A DNA stretch of 64,000 nt from assembly GCA_013239625.1 (NCBI GenBank), contig MU056000.1, positions 9,370,232 through 9,434,231 on the forward strand. Direction: 5' to 3'. Positions 51,231-64,000 of the stretch are shown in pieces (the stretch's first letter is position 1; every line of letters begins with the position of its first letter). The DNA comes from Lama guanicoe (lineage: Eukaryota). Both the position numbers and the translations under genes were made by a program. The notes below the pieces were generated by a model, which was not told the DNA's origin, did no database searches, and saw only the letters and a program-made list of their open reading frames with translations.

Positions 51231-52610
51231 CATCATGATTAAACAAACCAGTTTGTATGTCTTAGGGGCCAAGAGTTAGTAGCCTGGACATTAAATGGAT
51301 CGAATTTGTTTCTCAGTTCTACCAACTACTGGCTGTGGATTTTGGGATTAGCCCATCACACGGCACAGAGAAATCACAGAAACATTTATTTGATAAAGGA
51401 ATGGATTTGTATTTTATGATTTTCTATCCTGATACATACTTAGAAACTGAATTATGGCTTCTAAAGTCCAAAATAAGAGTGAACATAAAAGAGTTAAGTG
51501 TCTATATCTGAAGGTGATAAAATGAAACCTTAATCAGGGTAGCTAGAAATTTTCAAATCTCTCTGATTATACTTTTAGACTGAATATACTATTTATAATC
51601 TGTTTGTATTTTTTTTCTTTCAGATTGCTTCTATAATTATGTCTTGTGGCAAGACAAATAGGCTCATTTTTTTTTCCCATTAAATGAAAGAGAAGGAAGA
51701 TACATGATAACAAATTAGGTGGAAGTTGATTCTGGCATGCTGAGAATTTGGGCTGGAAGCAGATATCCTGGGAGGAAAATAAGCTGGAATTCGTGCTATA
51801 ATTTGGCTTCTCTTTACATGGGTTAGAAATGGCCACAGAAAATGGGATGAACTGGATTAAGAATTAACAGACTTGGACTCATATTTTCTTACACCTCTTT
51901 ATTACCTACACATGCCTCACATGCATGCTATCAAAATGCAAGCTTTTTATCTTATTTCTGCCAAAACATAATCTTGCTGAAGTGTAAACATAGCCTTGTA
52001 GTGACTTTACTTCCGTATCCAAATCAACTGAGAAGTATATAATTACTACTCTCAGTCTGTCTGGGGCCAAAAGCCTGATCAGACATAGGGGTGTTACACA
52101 CATACACGTGTCTATTACTCTCCTTCTCTATTTAGCTGCTTTACTAAAAGCAAAAGAAAACTGTTAAAGGCAGAAAAACTTTTCCAAACTACTGTTATTA
52201 CTCAACGTTTTCTGTTCCTATCAATATGTATCCTTATAACCTGGTGTTTCCTCTGAATTGACTTTTTTTTTGGCACATGTAAAAGATAATTGCTGTCTTC
52301 TTAGCAGTCATCAATATACAGATAAGTGAAAATTCACAAAATATTCACAAGTGATATGGTCATTCTAAGAGTGCATCCTTAATCCAAATGAAACGAGCGT
52401 CATTTAGTTGGTGCCTTTGTTTCATCATATCAAAAAGGAAATATTTTTAGTTTTTTCTGTGTTTTGTGAATATCTAAAATACTTTCACTTTGCTTGAGAT
52501 AGCATAATCTAGCAATATTTTTAAACAGACACGATACATTAAACAAGAGTAGTTATAAGTTATGAACTATGTTACAAAAGGGCTGAGTCATTCAAAAGGG
52601 TTTTCTAGAC

Positions 52611-52803
52611 AAGCACTGTCCAATAAAACCTCCTGTGATATGAAAATGTTCTATATCCGGCCTGCCCAATGTGGTAGCCATTAGCCATGTATGGCTATTG
52701 AAAACTTACAGTTGTCTAGTGTGACTGTGCTGTAGAATTTTTAATTTAATTTAATTTTAATTAAAATGACTTGTACAGTTATTGGCTACCATATTTAACA
52801 CAA
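52611..52803. mobile_element. MER3 hAT-Charlie DNA transposon
   Basis: gcactgtccaata..aaatgttctatat..gtagccattagccatgtatggctattga..tggctaccatatt; degenerate 8-bp TSD ttctagac (52603-52610) / ctttagac (52804-52811). Confidence 0.8.
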
Positions 52804-54948
52804 CTTTAGACAAAGACATTTTCTATATTTTACTATGTCCTTCCTTTTCAAAAACACATAGCTTGAGCACTCTATGAGTTGTCCGCAATTTCTATGTCCA
52901 CCACCTGAATCCATCTTCTACATAATCATTAGAATAGTCTTTCTTTGTTCAGCATTCAACAAGTGTTAGTTGAGAGGCTGTTATGTAAGAGGTCTCATGA
53001 TACACAACAGCCGAAGATCTATAAACCAAAGTAGCACAGTTCTTGTACTCATTCTAGCAAAAACCCACTGGTTAAGGAATACGCAAAGCACCATGGGCCA
53101 TTTTAATCAAGTTACTTCCCTTTCCAAAATGTTCTATAGTTCTCTATTGCCAATCTCATGAAAACCAGATCTGAACACGGAACTCAACTTTAATATGGTT
53201 CTTTTCAATTTTTCTATTTCTCAGTCAGATTGAATAATAAGTAATTTCCTAAATTTTCCCACCTTCATCACTGTTGAGACGTCCTCTAATATTTGACCCC
53301 TGAAATTTTCTTCTTATTCACCTTTCAAAGTTCTCATCAAAAGCCACCTTTTTCAGGAAGGAATTTCTTATTTATTTAATGAAAACTTAGAATTAGCCTC
53401 TGGAGAGTTTATATATATCATATAGATATAGGTTTTCATTATCTACTTGGATTCATGATAGTTCAGTATTTGTTGTGTGCTAATTTGGAATTGACATAGA
53501 AAAGACAGAACATAATTCTTAGAGAAGCCATTTTTAAAATCAAACTGACAAGATGAACAAAAAAAAATGACAGTCAGTGGTCTAAGGTGTCTTCTTTCAC
53601 AATAGAGAGCTGTGAATTTTTTTTTAAAGTCCAATTTACTAAGTTGATCTGTACGTCATATATGTTAAAAGTAGGAAAATGAAAACTAATGGATAATAAA
53701 CTTATTATCCAACATACTCTTTTCACTTCCCATTCAGAAAATAAGTCCTGAAAAAGTGGAAAGTCTGGGAGAAATGCCAACTTACATTCTCTCCCGGCAG
53801 AGTTAGCAAATTTCGATAAGCCACTTTGATTGGGTATAATTTCTGGTATCTTATACTCCTATGGGACACTTCTATTCTATGTCAAAAGTAAATACAGCTA
53901 ATTGAACCTTGTCCAATCACCCAATCTGAGCTTTTCCATTAATCCTAGAGTATTGTGCAGTTGCTACAAGCTAATTTTTGCATAGTGTCTTAGTATTAAC
54001 ATACTTCCATATATCACATATTAATGTGAGCCCACAACTCATGTACATTTTAAAGAGAAAAAATATACTTTAAGATGTGCTGTGCAAGGTCAAAAAGCAT
54101 GCTAGTGAGGAATTATATTCACTACCTCAATATTTCAGTCTATTATTTGGTCTCTTCTTTCATTCAATCTCCCCTTTTCTCCTCTCTCCTTCTCTTACTC
54201 TGTTTTTATAGATAGATAAATAGATAGATACAGAGACAGAGACAGGTGTGAAGATATTGATCCATGCATGTGTTCTGCGTGAGGATAATTTTTCAATTAA
54301 AATGGATAAAATTATTTTTAAAGCAAAGAATATACAATAATTTTTGTACTAGTTAGATGAATTCCAGGTAAGGAAAAATTTTGTATACATACACTTTCAT
54401 ACACTGCTTTTGAATTGGGACACAGAAGTACCATGTCTGTTGTATAAAATATACAGTGATAACTTGTGCAAGATAAATAACCTCAACAAAATTTCTAAAT
54501 CCCCTCCTGTAGAAATAATCATGACTCGTACCTCACATTTTTTAAATTAATAGCTTTTTGACAGTGAAAGTCAGATCATACAGCTTTGGCTCTCATGAAA
54601 AAGGATAATAATGTTTTAAGATCTAAAATTTCCTTTCAAATGCTTGGCACATCACTCCATGATGGGAGCATATACATATCCATATACCTTTCTCTCTACA
54701 GAGTTTTAATTTTGTTTCAATGCTTCTCAAGTTCATTTTTCTTTATATACTCGTTACCTTACCGTTCAGCATAATAAATTTATTTTTTCTTTTTCAAAAG
54801 TTTTCAGCATAGGAATAGGGTTTTAAAGTTACAACTCTAGGAGTATATTTTTGCAAAGAGAAAAAAATTAATTAAAGAATATTTTCCTAACCTAATGGTT
54901 TCATGATGATTCAGCGATCCTAGAAGGTGGTGACTATGAGTAGAATAC

Positions 54949-55327
54949 TGTGATAGTCACTAGTGTTGCAAATATTGCCTCTCCTTCCAGGGACATGGAG
55001 GCATTTCAGTTCCTGGTTCCTCTCCTGTTGAGCCATGTAACTAATTTTGTTCAAGTCGTGAGGGAAAAAAACATACAACTTTTCAGCCAAGGATTTTGCT
55101 GTCAGTGCGTTACTCCCAGGCTATGCTTTCTTTATGCTGCAGAATCTGGGATGGTGAAGGGTCCATCAACTTTGTCCCAAAGTGAGACTGTGTATAGTAC
55201 AGAACAGAGCCACCTGCCGACCCATGGTAGACATGGAGAGCAAGAGGAACAAAACAGGGTTCTTTCAGGCCACTGAGATTTCAGGGTTGTGTGCGACAGC
55301 ACAAAGTGGCCCAGCCGTACTAATACA
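54949..55327 (+). mobile_element. MLT1J-type MaLR LTR
   Basis: gccatgtaactaattttg..cagagccacctgccgacccatggtagacatg..gccactgagatttcagggttgt..actaataCA. Confidence 0.7.
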
Positions 55328-56982
55328 GCTGTGACCGATGAAAACCGCTGGTTTCCTTCATTGCCTGGGCATCTCCTTTAGAGCAGAAATACGAGACACA
55401 TATATTCTCTCTTCATTACAAACGTACACATACAAAGTGGGTGAGAAAGGATCTAATACCTGTTCTCACTCTCTTCTTCCTTTGTATTAGTACCCAGGAT
55501 ACATTCGTACATACCTCAGCTTTTCCCCATACCTTCCAACCTAGAACTTTATCTCTTTTTCTGTCAAACATACTCCATTTAGAAACACATCACAGCCTGT
55601 ATTTAGTATAAATGGAAACTAAATTAGCTTTGAAAATATCTGTCAAACCCAATAAACTATGTAAAGCAGTTCATTTCAAAACTGCGTTTGATCTTTGCAT
55701 AATTGTAATTTTGCTTAGTAGTACCAAGTCATCGAGAAAGAAACCAAATGCTAAAATCTACTGGATCATCCTAAAACTACAGAGTAATTTGTTTATTTAA
55801 AATGTTTTGTAATACATTCTATTTTTCAGTTACAGAATAGAGTACCATGATAAGAAAACAATATATAATATTAGCTGTTGTGAACCTCCATGAAAACACT
55901 GAAAATTCCTAATTTATTGAGTTAATGTATTTGAGCCATATGGTATATTATACATTTATATAAATTATACAAAGATACATTATATAAAATGTAAATTATA
56001 TAGATACATATATTGGTATTTATGTATTATTTATACATTATACAGAATATGCATCATTGCTCTCATTATCATTATCAAGAAATTAAAAGGCATGATTCAT
56101 TTCAGAAATCACTTAGGTTCACATGAATAGCTGGTGGTAAAATAAGAGCCCATTTTTACGTTCTGTCTGTAAATTCCTCTTCCTTTGCAAAGAAGAAATC
56201 AATTTCTTTATAAAATTTCTTGCAAGAAAAATATTCTACAGTGCAGGCATGTTTTTTCTTAGAAGCAGGAAGAGAATTTATATCCTAGGTCAGACAGTGA
56301 ATGTGAGTGAGTGAGTGTCTTGCAGATAGCAGAGTCTGTGCTAGGGCAAAGCCAGAAAGAACACAGACTTCAGCTTTAATGTGTGCCCGCTGCCTGGCTT
56401 CACTCTCTGCCTCTACGAAGCATCCCCTCTTCTTTCCCCACCTTTACGTTCAGGCTGCATGCTGTCCAACGATGTCATGGCTCACTTGTCTTGTGTATTT
56501 GCCGTGGTTCTCCAAATTGCCAGATCATTCATGACACTGCAGGAGTGGACACATTTTTTTAAAAAATACTGAATCTCAGGGTTTTGCAATTTCAAATGCT
56601 CCACAAGCAAATATTATGTAAGAGCAGACAGATTTGGAATAAGACCTTCGAGACTAATAGTAATATTGAGGAGAAGGAGGAGGAGGAGGAATAATAAGAA
56701 GAAGAAATAGAAAATATCTTTAGCGTGGATATTTTACTACTTTGCTGACCAGGAAGGAAGGTATTTTGGTATGTTTAAATATATTTAAATATACTTTGAA
56801 GATACTTTGTGATCTTTAAAATATCTCCTAGATGCTAGATGCTCACCTAGCCTGTGAGGCTACATCAGCCATACACAAGTGCTAGATGACTATCAGTATT
56901 TGTACTAGTGTTAATGATAATTATTCTAGAGACAAGGGGCGTCTGCCTCTCCCAATCAGTCACATCCTCACATTCCATAGAA

Positions 56983-57110
56983 AAGTGGTTCTTAAACTTA
57001 TATTCACAAGTATTACCTGGGAACCTTGTTCAACGTGCAGAGTCAAGGCTCCACCTTCCACAGACCTGGATTCGGAGGGCTGGTGTGCAGCCGAGGAATT
57101 TGGTGATTAT
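56983..57110. mobile_element. MER5A-like hAT fragment
   Basis: agtggttcttaaactt..attacctgggaaccttgttcaacgtgcagag..cacagacctggattcggag. Confidence 0.55.
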
Positions 57111-57234
57111 CCTTTTTCTTGGGGGAAGAAATTAAACAGCGAGGAGAACTATAGGAAATCATATTTCTCTCTGTTGTTATTTTGGCTTCCTGGAGTATCC
57201 ATAATATGTGAAATAGGACAAATAGCCTTAATGC

Positions 57235-57490
57235 ATTGGGAGAATGAAAATCATAGAATCTGCTGTCAAAGATCTGAATGCAAAACCCAGCTCAGCCACA
57301 TTTGCATGGTGGGCATTTAGGCAGGTTATTTCAACTTCTGAGACAGTTTCTTCATTTATAAAATAATTTTTTTTAAAAAAAGCCAAAACAAAACAAGACT
57401 ATCTCATAGGTTTGTTATAACAATTGAATAACATAGTCACAGATAACAGTGCCTACCTAGTCCATGGTAGGCATTTTTTAAAGTTTATTT
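57235..57490 (+). mobile_element. MIR SINE
   Basis: gtcaaagatctgaatgcaaaacccagctcagccac..ttaggcaggttatttcaacttctgagacagtttcttcatttataaaat..atctcatagg. Confidence 0.7.
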
Positions 57491-57940
57491 AAATACTTGC
57501 TCATTTCTCTTGTTACTTTAAGATTTTTCCATTTTAAACCTACAGTGTTCACCTAATTCTAATAAAACTTGCTTTCCACTTAATTCTCTTCTGAAGCAGT
57601 TCTGGGAAAATTTAAGTTGGCATTTTTCCTAGCTGCCTGCAATTTTGACTGTCCAGAATAAATAGTGTATAAATGTGGCTCCCAGTTATGTTTTGGGTTC
57701 TTTAACTCCAGAGGTGAATGTAACTCTTCTTTCAAAATGCAACAAGCATTCTTTATGTGACAAGGTCCCGATGCTCTTTGTTTTTTTCCAATGAATGAAA
57801 CTCTGATTGCCCTTCATGGATGAAACGTTTTATAGAGTTATATTTTGCTTTCAGGGTGTTGTTGGAAAACAAACTATTTAACCTTCCTTTGGAGTCAGGT
57901 CCCTGATGGGTGAAGGAAGGCTGGTAACCATGGGTAAATA

Positions 57941-58285
57941 GGACAGTGAATGGCTCAAGGGGATAATTGGTGAGGGAAAACCAAGCCTTTCAGCTCCAGG
58001 TCACCAATTCCAATACATATCAGGTCAGCAGTAATCAAAAGTGTGAGGGATTTTATACATTCTTCTCTGGTTCTTGCTAGATGGAGGGTTTATGTCAGAA
58101 AAGCATCTCCAGAAGTGACAACCTCAGCACAGAAGACACACTTTAATTGACATGGAAGAACAGCCATCATTTCATCATTATAGGCTGTCAAGCACAATCA
58201 GGGTGAAGACAATTCCATACAAATCTCTCTGCCTTCCCAGGGACCCATGCCATGGAATGACCAGAGTGGCATTCAGAGCTCAGAA
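57941..58285 (+). mobile_element. LF-SINE (LFSINE_Vert)-like ancient tRNA-derived SINE
   Basis: GGACAGTGAATGGCTCAAGGGGATAATTGGTGAGGG..AGCCTTTCAGCTCCAGGTCACCAATTCCAAT..CAGGTCAGCAGTAATCAAAAGT aligns by eye to the recalled LF-SINE head (TGAATGGCTCAGGGGATTGGTAATGGG..AGCCTTTCACCTCTAGGTCACTGGTTCGAAT..CAGGTCAGTAGTGACCGAAAGT); weaker colinear similarity continues (ctcagcacaga, catgga, tcagggtgaag). Confidence 0.7.
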
Positions 58286-58659
58286 AAAGGAGCTCAGAAA
58301 GTGGACAGTGAAAAACATAATGAAGACATTGCTACCTTAGACCTTGGATAATTAACGCCCAATGTTAGGTTGCCCAACCCTGGGTAAGCAGTTGTCCATG
58401 ATTTGAAGGTATTTCAAATTTCTTCCCTCCATACTCTCCAATGCTAGGCACTATTCCAGACTTCGCTATCTCATTTTCTAAGAAAAGATGCTGATTGTTT
58501 CTCTTATAATGTTCTCCCCACAAATTTGGAAGCTTTGTGCAATTTCTGCATTCCTGTGATTATTGATCACAGATTACAACAGTACTCTTGAGGACAATAC
58601 ATCAAATAGAGCCCTTCACTAATTGGAAATATTTTAGTGTTAATAAGTGGTCACTATTT

Positions 58660-58897
58660 CACAGAAAAGACATTGAAGACTGACAGGCCTGGATTTGAAT
58701 CGCTACACAATATTCACTGTGTAATAGATGTAGAAACCTATGCAAATGATTCAACCTTTACAAACCTCCACTTTCTGCATTTGTCAAATGGTCATAATAA
58801 TGCCAATCCTACAGGGTCATTGTAAGAATGTGCTATACCTATAAAGTGCTTTTTAAAGACATATTTCACAAAAGATACCCAATAAATGTTAGTTTCT
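58660..58897 (+). mobile_element. MIR SINE
   Basis: gacaggcctggatttgaatc..aacctccactttctgcatttgtcaaatgg..acagggtcattgtaagaat..caataaatgttag. Confidence 0.7.
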
Positions 58898-60640
58898 TTA
58901 CTTCTATTAGTTAATGTGGAAATAACAAAAACGTTTTCGCAGCTTTATCATGTTGGGTCCACTTAAATATGTGAGACATTGTACCATTGTACCTGAGGTT
59001 TCCTCCTTTGTGGGGAATGCAAGCCTGTCCCAACAGGGCGGTTTCTATCAGGTGTAGGAAAATGTCTTCTCATTGGAGAACCACAGAATAGAGAAGTTGA
59101 ATGAAGCACAGTTAAAAACCACAGGAAAGTAGTTTGCTGGGTGAGTCAAGACTGACATTTTATGAATGATTGATAAAATTATAATAAGCGCTTATATTTC
59201 ATTATATCCATGTGCAATATTGATCATTTTGTCAATAATCAAGTACATAAAAGGAACAAATTCAAATAATGATTGGTTAATTCTCTAGACAGAGTCAGGA
59301 ATAAATACTCCAGGGTAGTGGATATCTTACAGGTGCCACGCTGATACGTGGTACCATGCGTAGTTGGAACCCTGTTGTGTGGCCTTAGTGAGCCATTTAA
59401 CTTATCTGTGACTAACATGTTAGATTAAATAAATAATATTCAAAATCCTTTCTAGCTATAAATATATCTCAATATTTGCTATTATTGATGGGAAAGATGA
59501 TTAAATTTTGCTGCTTGCTCTATTGTATTTCTTTGGCTATGGTTGACTTAAAATTAATTTATTTCATACTCTAAGCAGTAATTTAATCGTGCAGAGGTAT
59601 TGTAGTAAAGTTGTCTTATGTTGCATCATTTACTTTATCACTAACTTTGCCTAATAATTTTCAATTTCAAAAATGCATGCTATCAATAGCTACAGAGCAC
59701 TAGAAGAACACAGCTTAGTGTTCTAATGCCAGGTTGATTTTATGGCACAGACAATAAGATTGGTGCTCACCTGACAAGTAATCCCAATAAATTTTGACAA
59801 GAAAATCACTAAGAATAAATGCATGCCCCCATATTTATTCTGTTCTGACTATAAATATACTTTTAAAGAATATAGAACAATTTCTTTGACAACATCATTG
59901 ATGTTTTAGCTACCAGTTTATAAATCATATAAGAATTTGACAGTTACAATACTGAAGTGCCTGTGTAGCATGTAGAAGTGGAACATCCAAGCCAATCTTA
60001 ATACTAAAGAAAGATAATAGTTACATGAAATAGTATTATTGTAATTTATTAGAATTTTTTTCCAGTATATAGGAAACTTCCAGAATCAGTCAGTCAAGAA
60101 ATAGAACTTGTTCTCACCCAGTGTCTTAGATATATTTCCCCCTCCTTTTTATTACATATTTTAGGAATTTCCATTAATTATTTTTAGAAATATGATGTTG
60201 GCTAACATAAATTTATTCTTTAAATCAACCTATATTAAACATCTATATGTAAAAAAGTCTATACTTAGCGCTAAATATATTTTAGTATAAATTAGACACA
60301 ATTCCTTCACCTGAAGGAATTTTGTATTCAGTATTGATGAGCACATACACTGTTAATGGACTTCTAGGTTTACAGTATATGGCAGATACACCATTCATTG
60401 CCCATGCATTGGTTACCCACACTCACAGACACAATGACTTCTTAAAAAATAAATCTCTGGAGGGCATAGAGTTACCTTGTACAAAAGAGGAAGTGCTCCC
60501 CCAAGACCAAGAGATAAGTTATGATGGTGATAAACTAGTTGCATTATCTCATTCTTGGTTGTCATTGATTTGTCTAAGATTAGCTATGTTCTTCTGTTCT
60601 AATAAAATATAAGAAGAAATTTGCTGAGGAAGCATGCTCC

Positions 60641-60815
60641 TGTTAAGTCAGAAACAATGAAAGCTCTGAGATTTCTCCTACTTTCAAGCTAACAAGTTAT
60701 CCTGCCACATTTTGATATACATTTTCAAATGTACGACAGAAAAATGCAAGATCTCTGGGTCAGAGAAAGATATCATTTAATACTCATGTCAAAATGAAGC
60801 AGCCAGAGAAATGCA
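60641..60815 (-). mobile_element. MER54/MER74-like ERVL LTR fragment
   Basis: gctctgagatttctcctactttcaagctaacaagttatcctgccaca..ctgggtcagaga. Confidence 0.5.
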
Positions 60816-60816
60816 T

Positions 60817-61430
60817 CTTTTGCATGGTGAAGGAAACCATCAACAAAATGAAAAGGCAAGCTACTGAATGGGAGAAGATATTTGCAAGTGATATATCCAA
60901 TAGGGGTTAGTATCCAAAATATATAAAGATATCGCACCACTCAATACAAAAAATATCCAATTTAAAAATGGACAGAAGACTTCAAAAGTCATTTTTCCAA
61001 TAAGGACATACAGATGGTCAACAGGCACATGAAAAGATGCTCAACATCACTAATCATCAGGGAAATGAAAGTCAAAACCACAATAAGATATCACTTCACA
61101 CCTGTTAGAATGGCTATTGTCAAAAAGGCAACAAAAAAACAAGTGTTGGGAAGGATATGGAGAAAAGGGAATTCTTGTATATTGTTGGTGGAAATGGAAA
61201 CTGTTATAGCCACTATGGAAAACAATATGGAGTTTCCTCAAAAAAATTAAAAATATAACTACCTTATGATCCAGCAATTTCACTTCTGGATATTTATCCA
61301 AAGAAAACAAAAACACTAATTCAAAAAGATACATGCACCCCTATTTCACTGCAGCATCATTTACAATAGCCAAGATAAGAAAGCAAACTGAGTGTCCACT
61401 GATAGATAAATGGATAAAGAAGACATGAGA
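60817..61430 (+). mobile_element. L1 ORF2 C-terminal region (degenerate)
   Basis: KETINKMKRQATEWEKIFA, MVNRHMKRCSTSLIIREMKVKTTIRYHFTPVRMA, LPYDPAISLLDIYP; ends in (CATA)n. Confidence 0.95.
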
Positions 61431-63623
61431 TACAGACATACATACATACATACATACGTATATATTATATGTATGTATTTACTAGAGTTAGATTCAGTAG
61501 AATTAGATACCAGTGATTTTACCTTATGGCCACCTTTGTTATCCAGCCAAATGACACCAACCAGTTCTATCCGGCACATTTAAATAGAGCAGTGTTGTTA
61601 CTGAGGAAACTTTATGATTGTTTGCTTGCTTTGTTTTTAATAACCACTGTGAACCAATAGCTTTATAAAATGCAAATATTAAGTACTAATAAATTAAAAT
61701 TAAAAAATGAAACTATAAGCCCCAATTGTAATACAAGTGTCAGCAGACAAATATCAATAAATGTTGAACAAACATACGATGGAGAAAAAAATAATTTAAA
61801 TATTGTAAGTTTTGTTTATTTAAAGTGTGCATAAGGACAAACAATAGAGAAAAATGCTGTTGCACGTAACTTTTTGTCATTCTATAGCCATAATTTTCCA
61901 CAAGTTACAAAGTACTAATTTACCCATGCTAAACACACACATACACACACAGATACACACACATACATATATCCTTCGAATGAACACTATGTATATTAAT
62001 ATTTCATATGACAAATAAACTTGCTTATTGTTTTAGCCTAAATACAAAGTTAGATTGGCAACAAAGACATTTCTGTAATAATGTTTATAAGCTCCTTCTT
62101 TTGGTTTTGCTTTGAAAACATTGATTCTAGAAAATTCAGCCTCACAGAAATTGGTGGGAGCTAAGAAAAAAATTTTAAAGCAATTTCAGTAAGCTCAAGA
62201 TATTCGTATTTTAATTTCATAGAACATATAAAGCAAGTGATTCTGCATTTTAAAAATTCATTTTCATTCCTATACCAGCAGCCATTTCCAATCATTTATT
62301 CTGTAAAGTTTTGGTTAAATTTAAATTATCTTTTAGTGAAACTAAGTGGATTCTGGTTTTCATATACTTGTTAGCTATGGTTGACATACTCATCTGGAAA
62401 CACCACAAAACAGTAATGAACTCCTACTGTGTGTAACCACTACAGAGTTTGTACCATGAGCATCTTATAAGGAAAGATCTACGACACCTGCACCCATCTG
62501 AACCCATCTGTGTTTGTTCGAGGAATGAGTCCACTGATCCCATGTTGGATGTCCTCGTGATACCAAATTGCTATAAAGTTTCTAATCTCTTCTCTTAAAG
62601 CTTCTGTTTATCTTTTCCTCAGTCCACTGCCAGCTCCATGTCCACAGTGAGAAGCATTGATCTAGAGAGAGTCCAAGGGTCTGGCTAGAATCCACACTTC
62701 ACCAAAGTGCAGAATAGATAGACAGTCACTTACAGCACCAACAGCCTGTATTTTCTGCAACCACGCCTTCATTTTCCATGAGGAACATCTCTCTTTTCTT
62801 CTTACTTCAGCTTCACCTCATCTCTATCTTACCCCCATTAAAATCATTTATTTTATTTGCATTAGGATCTTAAAATGTAAGCATTTAATGAGAAGCCATG
62901 CACTTCAGCAGGAGAGTGGGAGACTAGAAGTAAAGAAATGACTCTTATTTACAGACCAGGAGGCAGCAGTAGACAGGATAGGTGTGAGGAAAACCAGCCA
63001 TTCTTTCCAACTGGGTAAAGCCATCTTGGCTTTGACAGGTTCTGCCAGGGAAAGTTCCTTTACAGCCACCCTGGAGAAAATTTAGTTTTCTAGGTACAAG
63101 ATAAGAAGACTACTTTTTTCATTGTGGCTTCTTTTTCTTGGCCTATGGTACCCTCTTCAATTAACATTGTCCTTCTAAATGCTCAAGGTGGGATGTGAGA
63201 CTACCTATTGCAGAATTTGAGACCTCTAATACCATCTGGGTAATTGAATTGGCTGGGGGCTCCACAGAACTGTCTGTGCAAAATGAGTAGGTTCTTCTTT
63301 TATTTCTCTTATCTTCCAGGTATTAGAATAAGACTGCCCATATCACCACAGGGTTATAACATCCTATAGCATGTTTTGCTCTTTTAACTACTGACAGTAG
63401 CGCTGAGCTACTTGAGTGGCCTAACTCAAGGCAGATAGATACACAACTCTCCGGTTTGGGTATAATTTTCACTTCATTGTATACTTAGCTCTTTGAAATG
63501 AATGTTCAACCACTGCACTGCCAGGGTACAATGTAGAGAGGTCTGGCAGAGGGGAAAAAATAAGTGTTCATGCATCACATTCAGAAATGAAACCAGATGC
63601 CCTGACAAGACTTGGTGTCTCCA

Positions 63624-63631
63624 TGACGTCA
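63624..63631. promoter_or_regulatory. full palindromic CRE motif TGACGTCA (motif only; function untested)
   Basis: ccaTGACGTCAcgc in apparently non-repetitive sequence. Confidence 0.3.
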
Positions 63632-64000
63632 CGCTGACACAGAGTTTAGCCCTTTGGAAACTTCTCTTGGACTACTGTTTATGTGGAGTGGTCCAGGCTG
63701 TTCTGAAGATGGTATATTCAATCCTAATTAGCCTCGGTTTCAGAAATTAATCACATTGGAAAGGAAGGTAGACCAAGGTTGCACACTCCCATAATTATTC
63801 ATTCAGGATTCCTTACACTCTATAGCAGCTCTGTAAGTCCAACCTTTTTCCTCTTATTTTCTGTGTTGCAAAAGTGTTATCATGGTGTTTAAAAGTCAGT
63901 CTCATTATTTGACAGAATGTACACTGCTCAAGCTAGCAAATGCTATGGTTCATGAGGAACTAAAGTGTTTTATTTCTTTTGTTTCAAGGTTAAAAATGCA

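Noticed and set aside
56886..57320. Longest ORF in the track (144 aa)
   Set aside because: It runs across MER5A-like and MIR repeats and has no recognisable homology
61014..61250. 78-aa ORF as a host gene
   Set aside because: It is a frameshifted piece of L1 ORF2
62461..62580. Possible minus-strand exon
   Set aside because: Weak splice signals, no recognisable peptide and no partner exons
1..64000. CRISPR arrays, operons, rRNA/tRNA genes or other prokaryote-type systems
   Set aside because: The sequence is mammalian. No spaced direct-repeat array or RNA gene was seen; the only tRNA-like heads belong to SINEs

Overview
AT-rich, CpG-depleted eutherian genomic DNA. It is probably camelid, judging from two young L1 3' tails and the absence of recognisable primate, ruminant, pig or carnivore SINEs. 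I found no intact protein-coding gene. The window is a gene-poor region dense in old MaLR/ERVL LTRs, L2, MIR, L1 and hAT MER fragments. Four items stand out. (1) A disabled, intron-containing SPATA31 (FAM75)-family gene at ~9.4-11.4 kb that seems to lack the whole central part of the normally huge last exon and sits just downstream of a sense-oriented LTR16-type LTR. (2) A rearranged ERV-L pol block at 28.5-31.2 kb: two RT copies meet tail-to-tail at almost the same pol codon, and integrase lies upstream of protease. (3) A tiny twin-primed L1 insertion with an 18-bp TSD at 38.3-38.5 kb. (4) A near full-length LF-SINE-like element at ~57.9-58.3 kb, a candidate exapted regulatory element. All family assignments come from recalled consensus or protein sequences compared by eye; no searches were run. 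Repeat boundaries are approximate and subfamily names tentative.
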